Positions 25,607 through 27,371 of a DNA stretch of 27,371 nt are shown piece after piece; within the stretch, counting starts at the first letter, position 1, and each line of letters starts with the position of its first letter. The stretch is from Patescibacteria group bacterium (GTDB lineage: Bacteria > Patescibacteriota > Patescibacteriia > Patescibacteriales > UBA12465). Below the pieces are notes generated by a model. The model was given only the letters and a program-made list of their open reading frames with translations, was not told where the DNA came from and made no database searches. Location: positions 1 to 27,371 of the forward strand of contig JBBSAU010000001.1 of NCBI GenBank assembly GCA_038251925.1. The letters run 5' to 3'. The position numbers and the translations under genes were made by a program.

Positions 25607-25610
25607 AAAT

Positions 25611-26576
25611 TTATTTTTTAAGCTTTTGCCACCAGGCAATATTATTTTTATACCAATTAATAGTCTGCTCTAAACCAGTCTGAAAGTCAATCTGCGGTTC
25701 CCAGCCAAGCTCATTTTTAGCTTTCGAAAAATCAATCGCATAACGCAAATCGTGGCCCAAGCGGTCAGCCACATGTTCAATCACTTCTTCGCCCTTTCCC
25801 ATCATCTTAATTATTAAAGCGGTAATTTCTAAATTATTTTTTTCGCTATTTCCGCCAAGACAGTATGTCTCGCCAATTTTTCCTTTAGAAATAATAAAAT
25901 CAACTCCTCGATTATGATCATCGACATGAATCCAGTCACGAATATTTCTACCCGTTCCATAAACAGGAACTAGTTTATCAGAAAGTAAATTAGTGACAAA
26001 AAGCGGAATCAATTTTTCCGGATACTGATAAGAGCCATAGTTGTTTGAACAATTAGAAATTGTAATCGGCAGCTGGTGAATATGAAAGTAGGCGCGAACT
26101 AAATGATCAGCGGCTGCTTTCGAGGCGCTATAAGGAGAACGAGGATCATACGGAGTTTTCTCAGTAAATTTTGGAGCATCAAAAGCTAAAGAACCAAAGA
26201 CTTCATCAGTCGAGATATGATGAAAACGAATGTTGCCATTATTCTTCGCCGCTTCAAGGAGAACTCTTGTGCCCTCGACATTCGTTTTAATAAAATTAGC
26301 GCTGTCTTTAATTGAACGATCAACGTGGCTTTCAGCCGCGAAGTGAACAATTAAATCAATTCCCTTGACTGTTTTATTTACCAAGTCCTCGTCGCAAATA
26401 TCACCTTTAATAAATTTATAATTCGGATTATTTTCAACATCGCGCAAATTTTCTAAATTGCCGGCATAGGTTAAAATATCAAAATTTATAATTTGATCAG
26501 TAGGATGATTCTTTATCCAATAGTGAATAAAGTTAGAACCGATAAAACCAGCGCCGCCGGTAACAAGTAGTTTCAT
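25611..26576 (-). CDS. rfbB: dTDP-glucose 4,6-dehydratase
   Basis: TGGAGFIGSN, LTYAGN, HFAAESHVDRSI, HISTDEVFG, YSASK, CSNNYG, RDWIHVDDH, DRLGHDLRY. Confidence 0.96.
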   Translation of the reverse strand: MKLLVTGGAGFIGSNFIHYWIKNHPTDQIINFDILTYAGNLENLRDVENNPNYKFIKGDICDEDLVNKTVKGIDLIVHFAAESHVDRSIKDSANFIKTNVEGTRVLLEAAKNNGNIRFHHISTDEVFGSLAFDAPKFTEKTPYDPRSPYSASKAAADHLVRAYFHIHQLPITISNCSNNYGSYQYPEKLIPLFVTNLLSDKLVPVYGTGRNIRDWIHVDDHNRGVDFIISKGKIGETYCLGGNSEKNNLEITALIIKMMGKGEEVIEHVADRLGHDLRYAIDFSKAKNELGWEPQIDFQTGLEQTINWYKNNIAWWQKLKK

Positions 26577-26584
26577 ATTTTTAT

Positions 26585-26980
26585 TTAGCTGTTTAATTTT
26601 TTAGCGATTGCCTCCGCCTCACCTTCTTTATAATCACTTTGTGGCCAAAGAACATGTCCATCACCTTCGTGTCGCGGAATAATATGAAAATGTAAATGGG
26701 CGATTCCCTGTCCAGCAATCGGGTCGTTATTTTCAGTCACATTGTAGCCGAGAACTCCAAACTTATCTTTCAAAAGCTTTCCCATTTTTTTAATAACTTT
26801 CATGACTGCTATTAAATCTTCTTCCGGAGTTTCTTCAATATTTGCATAATGTTTTTTTGGTAAAACTAAAAGATGACCAGGATTAACTGGTTTAATATCT
26901 AAAAAAACCAAGACCTGCTCATCTTCGTATACTTGATGACAAGGAATTTCGTGATTAATTATTTTACAAAATATACACAT
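26585..26980 (-). CDS. HIT (histidine triad) family nucleotide hydrolase, Hint-like
   Basis: CIFCKI, FLDIKPVNPGHLLVLPKKH, HLHFHIIPR triad. Confidence 0.95.
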   Translation of the reverse strand: MCIFCKIINHEIPCHQVYEDEQVLVFLDIKPVNPGHLLVLPKKHYANIEETPEEDLIAVMKVIKKMGKLLKDKFGVLGYNVTENNDPIAGQGIAHLHFHIIPRHEGDGHVLWPQSDYKEGEAEAIAKKLNS

Positions 26981-26989
26981 CTGCTTTTT

Positions 26990-26995
26990 ATTATA
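26990..26995 (-). promoter_or_regulatory. -10 box for the HIT-rfbB-receiver unit
   Basis: TATAAT 9 nt before ATG 26980. Confidence 0.5.
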
Positions 26996-27045
26996 TCTAA
27001 TTCTTTATTAGCTCTAATTCTTTATTAGCTCTAATTCTTTATTGC
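26996..27045. repeat. 17-bp direct tandem repeat, about 3 copies
   Basis: TCTAATTCTTTATTAGC at 26996-27012 and 27013-27029, then TCTAATTCTTTATT-GC at 27030-27045. Confidence 0.92.
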
Positions 27046-27050
27046 GCCTA

Positions 27051-27371
27051 CTAGTTGATTACATATGGACTATCAGGAACTTTTTCCCATCTTATTTCAT
27101 CAATTTCGTCCTTCTTGCGGGTTCCTCGATATAATCTATCAGGCATATTAATACTTAAAGCGGGGACATCTGAAATACATTTATAACCATGAACAACTCC
27201 TGGGGGAACGATGACTAAAGTTGGATTAGCTTCACCAACTTCAATTTGAATCGCTTCACCCTTCGTGCTCGAGCTTTCACGTCTATCCCAAAGATGTAAA
27301 CGAAAAGTACCTGGTCCAAGAAAAATAAAACAATCACTTTGCTCGACGTGTTCATGCGGTCCACGGATAAC
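27051..27371 (-). CDS. dTDP-4-dehydrorhamnose 3,5-epimerase-like cupin (RfbC/RmlC family), C-terminal part; runs off the right edge
   Basis: Manual translation VIRGPHEHVEQSDCFIFLGPGTFRLHLWDRRESSST...LVIVPPGVVHGYKC...PYVIN*; near rfbB. Confidence 0.85.
   Translation of the reverse strand, partial: VIRGPHEHVEQSDCFIFLGPGTFRLHLWDRRESSSTKGEAIQIEVGEANPTLVIVPPGVVHGYKCISDVPALSINMPDRLYRGTRKKDEIDEIRWEKVPDSPYVIN

Noticed and set aside
26996-27045. CRISPR array
   Set aside because: The repeats are contiguous with no spacers, only 17 bp long, and no cas genes are present
1-27371. tRNA, rRNA, introns, IS elements or prophage genes
   Set aside because: Intergenic gaps are all under about 140 nt with no cloverleaf or terminal repeats, and no transposase or integrase motifs were seen

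Overview
AT-rich bacterial chromosome segment in the standard genetic code. It is most consistent with Patescibacteria/CPR (Parcubacteria-like); this is inferred from the SD-less starts, short AlaRS and L13, and gene content. Left part (minus strand): infA-rpmJ-rpsM-rpsK-rpsD-rpoA-rplQ-rplM-rpsI, then the 5' end of prfB. Middle: a fragmented cell-wall cluster (membrane protein-mraY-ftsW-murG-murC-ABC exporter, a divergent lipoprotein gene, murB-alaS). Right: a surface-glycan region (degenerate PilB-like ATPase-GT2-DUF2304-GT4-GT4 on plus; rfbC-like-HIT-rfbB-receiver protein-mreB-GT4-S8 protease-epimerase on minus). No rRNA, tRNA, CRISPR array or mobile element was seen. Best leads: RNA polymerase alpha with its CTD replaced by a charged tail; a PilB-like protein lacking most catalytic motifs heading a lipid-linked-sugar glycosylation operon; three hairpins each ending 7 nt before a start codon; 0 of 31 genes ending in TGA, together with a frameshift-free prfB; and leaderless-type promoters.
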